64,000 bases of DNA, taken from contig JANYCN010000049.1 of NCBI GenBank assembly GCA_025360225.1, positions 1,555 through 65,554 on the forward strand, written 5' to 3'. The notes below the pieces were generated by a model, which was not told the DNA's origin, did not search any database, and saw nothing but the letters and a program-made list of their open reading frames with translations. The translations under genes and the position numbers were made by a program. Position 1 is the stretch's first letter. Each line of letters opens with the position of its first letter. Below, in pieces: positions 27,112 to 36,791 of this stretch. The stretch comes from Actinomycetes bacterium. GTDB lineage: Bacteria > Actinomycetota > Thermoleophilia > Gaiellales > F1-60-MAGs149.

Positions 27112-27729
27112 ATGCCGATGTTCGTCGTTCCGGATCCACGGCTAGTGCAGACCGCTCGGGCGGTGTCGCTGGTCGCCGGGATCCGCATCGGCCGTCTGCC
27201 GCAGCAGGCGGCGCGGATCGCCGTGCTCGCCGCGGACATCGGCACCGCCCTCGACCTTGAGCCGGCCGTCGTGGCGCTGTGCGAGGCGACGGGCTGGCTG
27301 CACGATGTCGGCTTCTCGCTGCTCCCGGACGGGGTGATCGGGCACCTGGCGCGCGAGGGCGCGGCAGACCTGCCAGCGGTGCGCATGCACACGGTCCTGG
27401 GCGAGGAGGCGGTGAGCCGCGTCGCCGAGGTCGCGCCCACCGCGAAGGCGGTGCGGGGCCACCATGAACGCGTCGACGGAACGGGCTATCCGGACGGACT
27501 GGAAGGAGCAGCGATCCCGATCGCCGCCCGCGTCGTCCAGGTCGCGATCATCCTCGCCAAACACGCCCCAACGGCGGAGTGTGAGAACCGCGCCCGACAC
27601 GACGCAGCGACGGCTCTGCGGGCAGGGGTTCGCGACGGGGCGCTGGACGCCGAGGTCGTCGACGCCGCCACCGGCATCCTCGTCGCCGAGGCCGGCCTTC
27701 TCGGTGGGCACCTGCCCCGCGCCGCGTAG
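27112..27729 (+). CDS. Stand-alone HD-GYP domain protein (putative c-di-GMP phosphodiesterase)
   Basis: WLHDVGFSL (HD) and GHHERVDGTGYPDGL (GYP). Start at ATG 27112 or 27118 within track ORF 27007..27729. Confidence 0.8.
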   Translation: MPMFVVPDPRLVQTARAVSLVAGIRIGRLPQQAARIAVLAADIGTALDLEPAVVALCEATGWLHDVGFSLLPDGVIGHLAREGAADLPAVRMHTVLGEEAVSRVAEVAPTAKAVRGHHERVDGTGYPDGLEGAAIPIAARVVQVAIILAKHAPTAECENRARHDAATALRAGVRDGALDAEVVDAATGILVAEAGLLGGHLPRAA

Positions 27730-27744
27730 TGGCATAGTCCGGCA

Positions 27745-28599
27745 GTGCGCGTCGACACACTCCCGGCCCTGCGACGGCCCGTCCTGATCGCCGCGTTCCA
27801 CGGGTGGAACGACGGCGGCTCCGCTGCGACCCTCGCGGCCCAGTTCCTCGCGTCCTCGTTCGACGCCACGCCGTTCGCCACGATCGACCCTGATGAGTAC
27901 GTCGACTTCCAGCAGAGCCGACCGACCGTCGCGCTCACCGAGGACGGACACCGGACGATCTCCTGGCCCGAGACGGGCCTCTCCTACGCGCACGTCCCGG
28001 GGATCGAGCGCGACCTCGTGCTGTGCGTCGGCGTCGAGCCGAACCTGCGCTGGCGCGCGTTCGCGGGCGAGATCAGCGATCTGGCGTTGAAGCTCGGGAT
28101 CGACCTCGCGTTGACGCTCGGTGGCCTGCTCGCCGACACGCCGCACACCCACCCCGTTCCCGTGAACGGCTCGACAGCCGACGCCGCGCTCGCCGACGAG
28201 CTCGGCCTGCAGCGCTCCCGTTACGAAGGTCCGACAGGGATCGTCGGCGTCCTTCACGACGCGCTCGCGACCGCTGGTATTCCGTCAGCGAGCCTGTGGG
28301 CGGCGGTACCCCACTACATCTCGGCGGCGGCAAACCCGGCGGGCGCTCTCGCGCTCGTGCGCAAGCTCGACGCCATCCTTGGACTGAACGTCGCGACGGC
28401 CGAGCTCGAGACGGGCGCCGAACGCTTCCTTGCAGAGGTCGCCGAGGCGATCGACGATGACGACGAGACCTCGGCGTACGTGCGCGAGCTCGAGCAGCGC
28501 GACGGCGACGACGAGCCAGACATCCCGAGCGGCGACGACATCGCCGAGCAGCTCCAGCGGTTCCTGCGCGAGCAGGGCGACTCGGGCCAGCAGCAGTAG
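27745..28599 (+). CDS. PAC2 (proteasome assembly chaperone 2-like) family protein, paralog 1
   Basis: RRPVLIAAFHGWNDGGSAAT..., EGPTGIVGVL, acidic tail ending IPSGDDIAEQLQRFLREQ. Confidence 0.8.
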   Translation: MRVDTLPALRRPVLIAAFHGWNDGGSAATLAAQFLASSFDATPFATIDPDEYVDFQQSRPTVALTEDGHRTISWPETGLSYAHVPGIERDLVLCVGVEPNLRWRAFAGEISDLALKLGIDLALTLGGLLADTPHTHPVPVNGSTADAALADELGLQRSRYEGPTGIVGVLHDALATAGIPSASLWAAVPHYISAAANPAGALALVRKLDAILGLNVATAELETGAERFLAEVAEAIDDDDETSAYVRELEQRDGDDEPDIPSGDDIAEQLQRFLREQGDSGQQQ

Positions 28600-28730
28600 C
28601 GCACAGCGCAGATGGACCCGGATTGCTCCGGGCCCATCGTTCCCCCCGCTGTGCGGTGCGCGCACCCGCGCGCCTTGCGGCGCCGCGACCCCCCGGACGC
28701 ACAGAGTGAGACGGCGAGGCGGGCCGCCCC

Positions 28731-29003
28731 TTACGGCAAAGAAGTATTACTTGGTGTCGTCGCCGTGACGAGGAGCTGTTCCACCTCGTCTGGCGTCATC
28801 GTCACGGGCCCGCGCAGCACCCGGTCAGCGCGGCGGTAGGCGAGCCTGACGAGCGGGCCAACGGGCGAGTCGAGGTGCTGCACGACGATCTCGTCGCCTT
28901 CGCGCAGCGACGACGGAAGGCACGCGTCGGCGCTGATCACGGCGCGGCCGACCGGCGTTGCGCTGGTGCGAGTCCGGGGAGCTTGCTCGGTGGTGGGTTC
29001 CAT
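28731..29003 (-). CDS. Hypothetical small protein (90 aa)
   Basis: Internal ATG of track ORF 28731..29300 (MEPTTEQAPRTRTSATPVGRAVISADACLPSSLREGDEIVV...). Third-position GC is good over the middle, with an AT-richer 3' end. No motif recognised. Confidence 0.45.
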   Translation of the reverse strand: MEPTTEQAPRTRTSATPVGRAVISADACLPSSLREGDEIVVQHLDSPVGPLVRLAYRRADRVLRGPVTMTPDEVEQLLVTATTPSNTSLP

Positions 29004-29110
29004 GGTCGAAGCCTGCCGGGAGGAGCGATACCGGATGCGCGCGGACGCACCGACAGGGCGCGCGGACCGTGGAGCGCGGACGACGGGAGAGGTTACGATG
29101 TCCTCGGGTG

Positions 29111-31321
29111 ATGCAGGTCGTGGACACACCGTTGCATCGCCGTCTCGGTCTGACGGACGGCGAGCTCGCACGGATCTGCGACGACCTCGGTCGTGAACCG
29201 AACGGCTTCGAGCTCGCCGTCTACTCGCTCCTGTGGTCCGAGCACTGCGGCTACAAGCACTCAGCGCTGCTCCTGCGCCGGCTACCGACGACCGGGCCAC
29301 GCGTGCTCCAGGGCCCGGGCGAGAACGCCGGCGTGATCGACGTCGGCGACGGACTGGCCGTCGCCTTCAAGGTCGAGAGCCACAACCATCCCTCCGCCGT
29401 CGAGCCGTTCCAGGGGGCGGCCACCGGCGTCGGCGGCATCCTGCGGGACATCTTCGCGATGGGCGCCCGACCGATCGCGACGCTCGACTCGCTCCGCTTC
29501 GGCGACCTCGCCTCGCCCCGCGCGCGACGCCTCTTCGATGGCGCGGTGCGTGGTATCGGCCACTACGGCAACTGCGTCGGCGTCGCGAACATCGGCGGCG
29601 AGGTCGTGTTCGAGCCCGGCTACGAGCAGAACTGCCTCGTCAACGCGATGGCGATCGGCGTCCTCGACGCCTCCTCGCTGCAGTCCGCTTCGGCAGCTGG
29701 GGTCGGCAACCTCGTCGTGCTCTACGGCGCGCGAACGGGCCGGGACGGCATCGGCGGCGCGAGCGTGCTCGCCTCGCAGGACATCGATCAGGGCGACGGG
29801 TCGAAGCGTCCGAGCGTGCAGATCGGCGACCCGTTCACCGAGAAGAAGCTGATCGAGTGCTCCCTCGAGCTCGTGGCGCGCGGGCTGCTCGTCTCGCTAC
29901 AGGACCTCGGCGCTGCCGGGCTCGCGTCAGCGACCTCCGAGATGGCCTCGAAGGGCGCGGTCGCGCTCGAGCTCGCCCTCGACCGCGTGCCGCTGCGCGA
30001 GACCGACATGGAGCCCTTCGAGATCATGGTCTCCGAGTCGCAGGAACGGATGGCCGCCGTCGTCACGCCCGAGCAGCTCGCCGCCGTCGAGGAGACCTGC
30101 GCGCGCTGGGAGGTGCCGGCAACGGTGATCGGACGGATCGTCTCGGGCGACCGGCTCGTCTGCACCTACCACGACGCCGTCGTCGGCGACATCCCCGTCG
30201 CCTCGCTCGTCGACAACTGCCCGCGCTACCCCCTGACGCCGGTCAGGCCCGAGCGGCTCGCGACAGAGCCGGTCGACCCGGCGGCCTACCCGGCACCGGC
30301 CGACCACGGCGCCACGCTGCTGCAGCTGCTCGCGGCGCCGAACGTCGCGTCGAAGGAGTGGGTCTGGCGCCAGTACGACACCTACGTCGGCTCCGGATCG
30401 GTCGTCCGCCCTGGATCGGACGCGGGTGTCCTGCGCCTGACGCCGTCTGATCGGGCGATCGCCGCGTCGCTCGACGGGAACGGGCGGCGCACGTGGCTCG
30501 ACCCGCTGCGCGGCGCCGCCTCTGCCGTGCTCGAGGCGGCACGGAACGTCGCCTGCGCCGGCGCCGAGCCCGCGGCGGTGACGAACTGCCTGAACTTCGG
30601 CAACCCCGAGCGCGGCGAGACGCCGTACATGCTGGTCGAGGCGATCGAGGGGATGGCTCAGGCCTGCGAGGCCCTGGCGATCCCCGTCGTCTCCGGCAAC
30701 GTCTCGCTGTACAACGAGCACGGTGGTGGCCCGATCCCGCCGACGCCCGTCATCGGCTGCGTCGGCGTGCTGGAGTCTGCCTCTCATGCCGTCCGCGCGA
30801 CCTTCCGGCAGCCGGGTGACGTCGTGCTGATCCTCGCCGACGACGTCATCGCGGCGATCGACGGATCGGAGTACCAGCGCACCGTCCACGGACGTACCGA
30901 AGGTCGCCCGCCCGCTCCGGGGCTCAGCCAGGCCGCCCGGTTGTGTCGTGCCCTGGCGGATGGTGCACGGCGTGGGCTGATCGCGTCCGCCCACGACGCT
31001 GCCGACGGTGGCGTTGCCGTCGCCATCGCCGAGGCGACGTTCGATGGGCTCGGCGTCGAGGCAACGATCGCCGACGCCGCCGGCCGTGCGGACATCAGCC
31101 TGTTCGGTGAGGGCGCGGGCGCCGTCGTCGTGTCCTGCTCGCCCGAGCACGTGGACGCCTTGCGTGCCCTTGCCGACGGGCTCGCCCTGGCGGAGGTCGG
31201 ACGCGTCACCGACGGAGGGCGCATCGTGATCCGCTGCGGCGCGACGACGATCGACGTCGCCGTTGCCGATGCCCGCTTCGCCCACGCACGCACGATCCCC
31301 GATGCGATGGCAGCGCTCTGA
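29111..31321 (+). CDS. purL: FGAM synthase II, large subunit
   Basis: MQVVDTPLHRRLGLTDGELARICDDLGREPNGFELAVYSLLWSEHCGYKHS. Internal ATG of track ORF 28958..31321. Confidence 0.95.
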   Translation: MQVVDTPLHRRLGLTDGELARICDDLGREPNGFELAVYSLLWSEHCGYKHSALLLRRLPTTGPRVLQGPGENAGVIDVGDGLAVAFKVESHNHPSAVEPFQGAATGVGGILRDIFAMGARPIATLDSLRFGDLASPRARRLFDGAVRGIGHYGNCVGVANIGGEVVFEPGYEQNCLVNAMAIGVLDASSLQSASAAGVGNLVVLYGARTGRDGIGGASVLASQDIDQGDGSKRPSVQIGDPFTEKKLIECSLELVARGLLVSLQDLGAAGLASATSEMASKGAVALELALDRVPLRETDMEPFEIMVSESQERMAAVVTPEQLAAVEETCARWEVPATVIGRIVSGDRLVCTYHDAVVGDIPVASLVDNCPRYPLTPVRPERLATEPVDPAAYPAPADHGATLLQLLAAPNVASKEWVWRQYDTYVGSGSVVRPGSDAGVLRLTPSDRAIAASLDGNGRRTWLDPLRGAASAVLEAARNVACAGAEPAAVTNCLNFGNPERGETPYMLVEAIEGMAQACEALAIPVVSGNVSLYNEHGGGPIPPTPVIGCVGVLESASHAVRATFRQPGDVVLILADDVIAAIDGSEYQRTVHGRTEGRPPAPGLSQAARLCRALADGARRGLIASAHDAADGGVAVAIAEATFDGLGVEATIADAAGRADISLFGEGAGAVVVSCSPEHVDALRALADGLALAEVGRVTDGGRIVIRCGATTIDVAVADARFAHARTIPDAMAAL

Positions 31322-32733
31322 TGTGCGGCGTCTTCGGCATCCATGCGCCCGGACGTGACGTCGCGCGGCTCACGTACTTCGCGCTCTACGCCCTCCAGCA
31401 CCGTGGCCAGGAGAGCGCCGGCATCGCGGTCGCGAACGGCGGGCGGATCACGGCGCAGAAGGACCTCGGACTCGTGCCGCAGGTGTTCGACGAGACCGCG
31501 CTGCAGGCGCTGACGCCTGGCAGCGCAGCGATCGGCCACTGCCGCTACGCGACAACGGGAGCATCCCGCTGGCCGAACAGCCAGCCGATCGTGCGCCACC
31601 GCAAGGGACGCACCGTCGCGCTCGGCCACAACGGCAACCTGACGAACACCGCAGCCCTGCGCGCCGAGCTGGCGGAGCGCGGCGTGCGGCTCGAGACGAC
31701 GTCCGACACCGAGGTGATCGCCGCGCTGATCTGCGAGCACCCGGGGACGCTCGAGGAGGCGGTGCAGGCCGCGATGGAGCGCATCGAAGGAGCGTTCTCG
31801 GCGGTGGTGCTGGACGGTGAGAAGGTGATCGGCTTCCGCGACCCGGACGGCATCCGCCCCCTCGTCTTGGGCGACCTTGATGGCTCGCCGGTCCTCGCAT
31901 CGGAGACGTGCGCGCTCGACATCGTCGGTGCCACGCTCGTGCGGGAGCTCGAGGCGGGGCAGATGGCGATCCTCTCGACCACCGGCGTCGAGGTCGTTCA
32001 GGCGGTGCCGGCGCGCCAGGTCGGCGGCGCGGCGCTCTGCATCTTCGAGTTCATCTACTTCGCCCGACCCGACTCGCGGATGGACGGCATTGGTCTGCAC
32101 GCCGCGCGCCAGCGGATGGGCGAGCGCCTCGCCGCCGAGGCACCGATCGAGGCCGACGTCGTGATCGCCGTTCCCGACTCCGGCACGCCGGCGGCACAAG
32201 GGTACGCACGCGCGAGCGGCATCCCCTTCGCCGACGGGCTCGTGAAGAACCGCTACGTCGGGCGCACGTTCATCCAGCCCGAGCAGGGCCTGCGTGATAG
32301 CGGCATCACGCTCAAGTTCAACCCGATCCGCGACGTGATCGAGGGCCAGCGGGTGATCGTCGTTGACGACTCGATCGTGCGTGGCTCGACGACGACAAAG
32401 CTCGTCCGGATGCTGTTTACCGCCGGAGCGAAGGAGATCCACCTGCGCATCTCCTCGCCGCCGATCGTGTCGCCCTGCTTCTACGGCATCGACATGGCGG
32501 CGACGAGCGAGCTGATCGCCGCCTCGCGCACGGTCGACGAGGTGGCCGCGGTGCTCGGCGCGACCTCGCTCGCCTACCTGTCGCTCGACGGCCTGCAGGC
32601 ATCGACCGACCACGGAGCAGACCGCTTCTGCCGTGCCTGCCTGACGCGCAGCTATCCCACCGCGATCCCCGCCGACCTCGTCGACGGTGGGCGCTTCCGC
32701 TTCGAGACCGGCGCGGCGGCGGTGCGCGCGTGA
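31321..32733 (+). CDS. purF: Amidophosphoribosyltransferase
   Basis: MCGVFGI N-terminal nucleophile, PRTase motif VIVVDDSIVRGST. ATG shares one base with the purL stop. Confidence 0.95.
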   Translation: MCGVFGIHAPGRDVARLTYFALYALQHRGQESAGIAVANGGRITAQKDLGLVPQVFDETALQALTPGSAAIGHCRYATTGASRWPNSQPIVRHRKGRTVALGHNGNLTNTAALRAELAERGVRLETTSDTEVIAALICEHPGTLEEAVQAAMERIEGAFSAVVLDGEKVIGFRDPDGIRPLVLGDLDGSPVLASETCALDIVGATLVRELEAGQMAILSTTGVEVVQAVPARQVGGAALCIFEFIYFARPDSRMDGIGLHAARQRMGERLAAEAPIEADVVIAVPDSGTPAAQGYARASGIPFADGLVKNRYVGRTFIQPEQGLRDSGITLKFNPIRDVIEGQRVIVVDDSIVRGSTTTKLVRMLFTAGAKEIHLRISSPPIVSPCFYGIDMAATSELIAASRTVDEVAAVLGATSLAYLSLDGLQASTDHGADRFCRACLTRSYPTAIPADLVDGGRFRFETGAAAVRA

Positions 32734-33710
32734 GCTTCACGTACGCAGCCGCTGGGGTTTCACTCGACGCCGCCGAGGCAATCGTCGGACGCCTCGCGGG
32801 CGCCGTCCGCTCGACCCGGACGGACGGGGTGGTTGACGCGCATGGCGGGTTCGCCGGGCTGTTCGCCCTTGGTGACGACCTGCTCGTCGCAGGCACCGAC
32901 GGGGTCGGCACCAAGGTGGCGCTCCACCGCCAGTCCGGAAGCCTGCACGCGGCCGGCATCGACTGCGTCGCGATGTGCGTCAACGACATCCTCTGCACCG
33001 GCGCGCGACCGCTGTTCTTCCTCGACTACGTCGCCGTCGGGCGGCTCGACCCGGACCAGGTCGCGACGCTCGTCGAGGGGATCGCCGACGGCTGCCGACA
33101 AGCGGGCGCGGCGCTGCTCGGCGGCGAGACGGCCGAGCACCCGGGGACGATGGCAGACGAGGACCTCGACGTCGCCGGGTTCGCCGTCGGCATCGTGCCG
33201 CGCTCGCGGCTGGTTGACGGGTCACGGGTCGCTGTCGGCGACGCGATCATCGCGATCGCCTCGACGGGCGTCCACGCCAACGGGTTCTCGCTCGTCCGCA
33301 GCCTGCTCGCCCATCACGCGATCGCCATCGGCGACGCCCACGTCGACCTTCTCGCGCCGACGGCGATCTACGCAACAGAGGTCGCGGCGCTGACCACGGC
33401 GGTCGACGTGCGCTCGATGTGTCACGTCACCGGCGGCGGCATCGAGGGGAACCTGCCGCGCGTCCTGCCCGTCGGCACCGGCGCGACGATCCGGCTGTCG
33501 GGGTGGACGCGCCCGCCCGTCTTCGACTGGATCGCGGCGCTCGGCGTCGAGCAGGGCGAGATGCTGCGGGTGTTCAACTGCGGCCTCGGCTTCCTCGTGG
33601 TCGTTCCGACGAGCGACGTCGACGCGGCCCTCGTCGCCGCCCGCGCCGGCGGCCGAGCGGCGTGGCACGTCGGCGACGTCGCGGCCGGCGACGTGCGCTT
33701 CCTGCCGTGA
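32730..33710 (+). CDS. purM: Phosphoribosylformylglycinamidine cyclo-ligase
   Basis: SFTYAAAGVSLDAAEA..., GTDGVGTK, DYVAVGRL. GTGA overlap with purF. Confidence 0.93.
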   Translation: MSFTYAAAGVSLDAAEAIVGRLAGAVRSTRTDGVVDAHGGFAGLFALGDDLLVAGTDGVGTKVALHRQSGSLHAAGIDCVAMCVNDILCTGARPLFFLDYVAVGRLDPDQVATLVEGIADGCRQAGAALLGGETAEHPGTMADEDLDVAGFAVGIVPRSRLVDGSRVAVGDAIIAIASTGVHANGFSLVRSLLAHHAIAIGDAHVDLLAPTAIYATEVAALTTAVDVRSMCHVTGGGIEGNLPRVLPVGTGATIRLSGWTRPPVFDWIAALGVEQGEMLRVFNCGLGFLVVVPTSDVDAALVAARAGGRAAWHVGDVAAGDVRFLP

Positions 33711-34339
33711 TCCGCACCGCGACGGAGGCCGACCCGCTCCGCATCGCCGTGCTGGTGTCCGGCTCGGGCACGAACCTCCAGGCGCTGATCGACCGGTTCT
33801 ACCGCCCCGGGTCTGCCGTCGCGATCGTCGGCGTCGCTAGCACTCGACCTGGCGTCCGGGCACTCGAGCACGCGGCCGCGGCGGGCATCGAGCACGCGAT
33901 CTTCGCCCGTGGCGACGACGCGCTGGCGCGCGATGGACTGCTTGCGGCGTGGCTCACGGAGCGTCGCGTCGAGCTGGTCGTGCTCGCCGGTTGGATGGCG
34001 ATCATCACCTCCGCGCTGCTCGACGCCTTCGTCGCGATCAACGTCCACCCCTCGCTGCTGCCAGCGTTCCCGGGCGCTGACGGCGTTGGCGACGCCCTCC
34101 AGGCAGGCGCGAAGGTGACCGGCGTGACGGTGCACCTGGTCGATGCTGGTGTTGACTCCGGTCCGATCCTTCTCCAGGCCGCGGTCCCCGTTCACTACCA
34201 TGAGACACGGGAGGCGCTGCTCGCGCGCCTCCACGACGTCGAGCACCGGCTGCTGCCGGAAGCGGTCGCGCTGCTCGCAGCCGACCGGATACGGCTCGAC
34301 GGCGCCATCGCGCAGGTAACCAGCTCGGAGGGCTCGTGA
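33707..34339 (+). CDS. purN: Phosphoribosylglycinamide formyltransferase
   Basis: RIAVLVSGSGTNLQALID, NVHPSLLPAFPG. GTGA overlap with purM. Confidence 0.92.
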   Translation: MIRTATEADPLRIAVLVSGSGTNLQALIDRFYRPGSAVAIVGVASTRPGVRALEHAAAAGIEHAIFARGDDALARDGLLAAWLTERRVELVVLAGWMAIITSALLDAFVAINVHPSLLPAFPGADGVGDALQAGAKVTGVTVHLVDAGVDSGPILLQAAVPVHYHETREALLARLHDVEHRLLPEAVALLAADRIRLDGAIAQVTSSEGS

Positions 34340-35877
34340 AGGACATCCGCAGAGCGTTGATCTCGGTCTCCGACAAGGCTGGCCTCGTGCCGTTCGCACA
34401 GGCCCTCGCCACGCGTGGCGTCGCGATCATCTCGACGTCCGGAACGGCGACCGAGCTGCGCGAGGCAGGGATCGAGGTGACGCTGATCGAGGACCTGACC
34501 GGCGCGGCGGAGATGCTCGACGGACGCGTGAAGACGCTCCACCCTGCGGTGCACGGCGGGATCCTCGCGCGGCGCGGGAACGTCGACGACATGGCGACCC
34601 TGGCAGAGCGCGGGATCGACCCGATCGACCTCGTCGTCGTCAACCTCTACCCGTTCCAGCGCCTCGCCGGCCGACGAAACGTCGACGAGGTCGAGCTGGT
34701 CGAGAACATCGACGTCGGCGGGCCGTCGTTGCTGCGTGCTGCCGCGAAGAACTTCCACGACGTCGCCGTCGTCTGCGACCCTGAGCGCTACGGCTTCCTG
34801 CTCGCCGAGCTCGACGAGCACGGCGGTGGCCTGTCGCTGGAGACGCGACGCGAGCTCGCCGGCGAGGCGTTCGCGCACACCGCTGGCTACGACGCGACGA
34901 TCGCGAACTGGTTCGCGGACGCCACCGACTTCCCCGACCGGCTGTTCCTCGAGCTCGTCAAGCACACCGAGCTGCCGTACGGCGAGAACCCGCACCAGCG
35001 CGCCGCCTACTACGCGGAGCGCGGCGCGCGACGCCACGCGCTGAGCATGGTGCAGCAGCATGGCGGGAAGGCGATCTCGTTCAACAACATCGCCGACATC
35101 TCCGCGGGACGCGACATCGCCCGCGAGTTCACGCTGCCAACCTGCGTGATCGTCAAGCACAAGAACCCGTGCGGCGTCGCGATGGGCGCGAGGATCGAGG
35201 AGGCGTACGCCAAGGCGCAGGCCTGTGACCCGCAGTCCGCCTTTGGCGGCGTGGTCGTCGTCAACCGCCCGGTGACGCTGGCGCTGGCCGAGGCGCTGGC
35301 GAGCCAGTTCCTCGAAGTCGTGTTCGCTCCGGGCTACGCCGAAGGCGCCGCGGAGCTTCTGTGCGCGCGGCCGAACACGCGCGTTCTGGAGACGCGCGAG
35401 CGGCGCCGGTCAAACCCGGGCGAGCGCGAGTTCCGTCGCGTGCTCGGCGGGATGCTCGTGCAGGACTACGACATGGAGTCGGAGGAGCGCGACATGATGG
35501 ACGTCGTCTCGCGCCGATCGCCGAGCGAGCGCGAGTGGGGCGACCTGACGTTCGCCTGGCGCGTCGCCAAGCACGTCGGCTCGAACGCGATCGTGATCGC
35601 ACGCGACCTCGCGACGGTCGGCATCGGGGCGGGCCAGATGAGCCGCGTCGACGCCGTGCGGATCGCCGTGCAGAAAGCACAGGCGCCTCTGGAGGGAACG
35701 GCGATGGCCTCGGACGCCTTCTTCCCGTTCGCTGACGGCGTCGAGGTCGCGCTCGCGGCGGGCGTCGCAGCGGTGATCCAGCCCGGCGGCTCGCGTCGCG
35801 ACGGCGAGGTGATCGAGGCGGCTGACCAGAAGGGCGCGGCGATGGTCATCACCGGTCGTCGGCACTTCCACCACTGA
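34336..35877 (+). CDS. purH: Bifunctional AICAR transformylase / IMP cyclohydrolase
   Basis: RALISVSDKAGLVPFAQALATRGVAIISTSGTA, HKNPCGVA, ASDAFFPF. GTGA overlap with purN. Confidence 0.95.
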   Translation: MKDIRRALISVSDKAGLVPFAQALATRGVAIISTSGTATELREAGIEVTLIEDLTGAAEMLDGRVKTLHPAVHGGILARRGNVDDMATLAERGIDPIDLVVVNLYPFQRLAGRRNVDEVELVENIDVGGPSLLRAAAKNFHDVAVVCDPERYGFLLAELDEHGGGLSLETRRELAGEAFAHTAGYDATIANWFADATDFPDRLFLELVKHTELPYGENPHQRAAYYAERGARRHALSMVQQHGGKAISFNNIADISAGRDIAREFTLPTCVIVKHKNPCGVAMGARIEEAYAKAQACDPQSAFGGVVVVNRPVTLALAEALASQFLEVVFAPGYAEGAAELLCARPNTRVLETRERRRSNPGEREFRRVLGGMLVQDYDMESEERDMMDVVSRRSPSEREWGDLTFAWRVAKHVGSNAIVIARDLATVGIGAGQMSRVDAVRIAVQKAQAPLEGTAMASDAFFPFADGVEVALAAGVAAVIQPGGSRRDGEVIEAADQKGAAMVITGRRHFHH

Positions 35878-36791
35878 TGGTCGGGGTGCGCGAGGTCGAC
35901 CCCGCGGCTGACCTCACCGGCTTCCTGGCGGTCCGCAACGCGATCGTGCCGGACGACGTTCGTACAGCCGAGGAGGAGCGGAAGGCGTTCGCGCTGCACC
36001 CAGGTCGGCGGACGATCTGGGTGGCGGGCCCCCCCGGCGAGGAGGTCGGCTACGCGATGGCGACGCCGGAGGCGATGGAGGTGCCAGGCTCCAGGGTCGG
36101 CGAGATCGGCGGAGGCGTGCTTCCGGGTGCCCGCCGCGCCGGTATCGGCGCGGCGCTGCTGGCCGTCGCGACGACGCGTCTGCGCGAGCTCGGCTACACC
36201 GCGGCACGCACCTGGGCGTTCGCCTCCGACCCGGCCGGCATCGCGTTCCTCGAGCGCCGTGGCTGGGTCGAGGTGTCGCGCGAGCGCCGCTCGTTCCGGG
36301 TCCTCGACGCCTCGTTGCCAGCCCGAGTCGCGATCGACGGCATCTCGTTCGCCGAGCTGGCACTCGACGACCCAGCGATGCGCGCGGTGTACGCCCTTGA
36401 CGTGGCGGTGTCCCGCGACATCCCCGGACCGCCGATCGATCTCGGCACGTTCGAGCGGTGGGTCGAGCTCGAGCTCGAACGCCCGGGACGCCGGCGACCG
36501 TTGATGGTCGTCGCACGGGCCGGCGGGACGATCATCGGCTTCGCGCACGCCAACTTCCCCGCAGATCCACCGACCCAGGCCTGGCACTCGATGACCGGCG
36601 TTGAGGCCGCCCATCGCGGGGCCGGCGTCGCCTACGCGATCAAGCTCGAGCTGTTGCACCGCCTGCGAGACCTGGGCTGCACCGAAGCCGGCACGTCGAA
36701 CGAGGCACGAAACGTGTCGATGCTGCGCGTCAACGAGCGCCTCGCGTACGTCCGACGGGCCGACGAGATCCAGATGCAGGGCGACCTGTGA
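35877..36791 (+). CDS. GNAT-family N-acetyltransferase (apparently two GNAT-like halves)
   Basis: Acetyl-CoA-binding-type segments RRAGIGAALLAVATTRLRELGY and HRGAGVAYAIKLELLHRLRDLG. ATG shares a base with the purH stop. Confidence 0.75.
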   Translation: MVGVREVDPAADLTGFLAVRNAIVPDDVRTAEEERKAFALHPGRRTIWVAGPPGEEVGYAMATPEAMEVPGSRVGEIGGGVLPGARRAGIGAALLAVATTRLRELGYTAARTWAFASDPAGIAFLERRGWVEVSRERRSFRVLDASLPARVAIDGISFAELALDDPAMRAVYALDVAVSRDIPGPPIDLGTFERWVELELERPGRRRPLMVVARAGGTIIGFAHANFPADPPTQAWHSMTGVEAAHRGAGVAYAIKLELLHRLRDLGCTEAGTSNEARNVSMLRVNERLAYVRRADEIQMQGDL

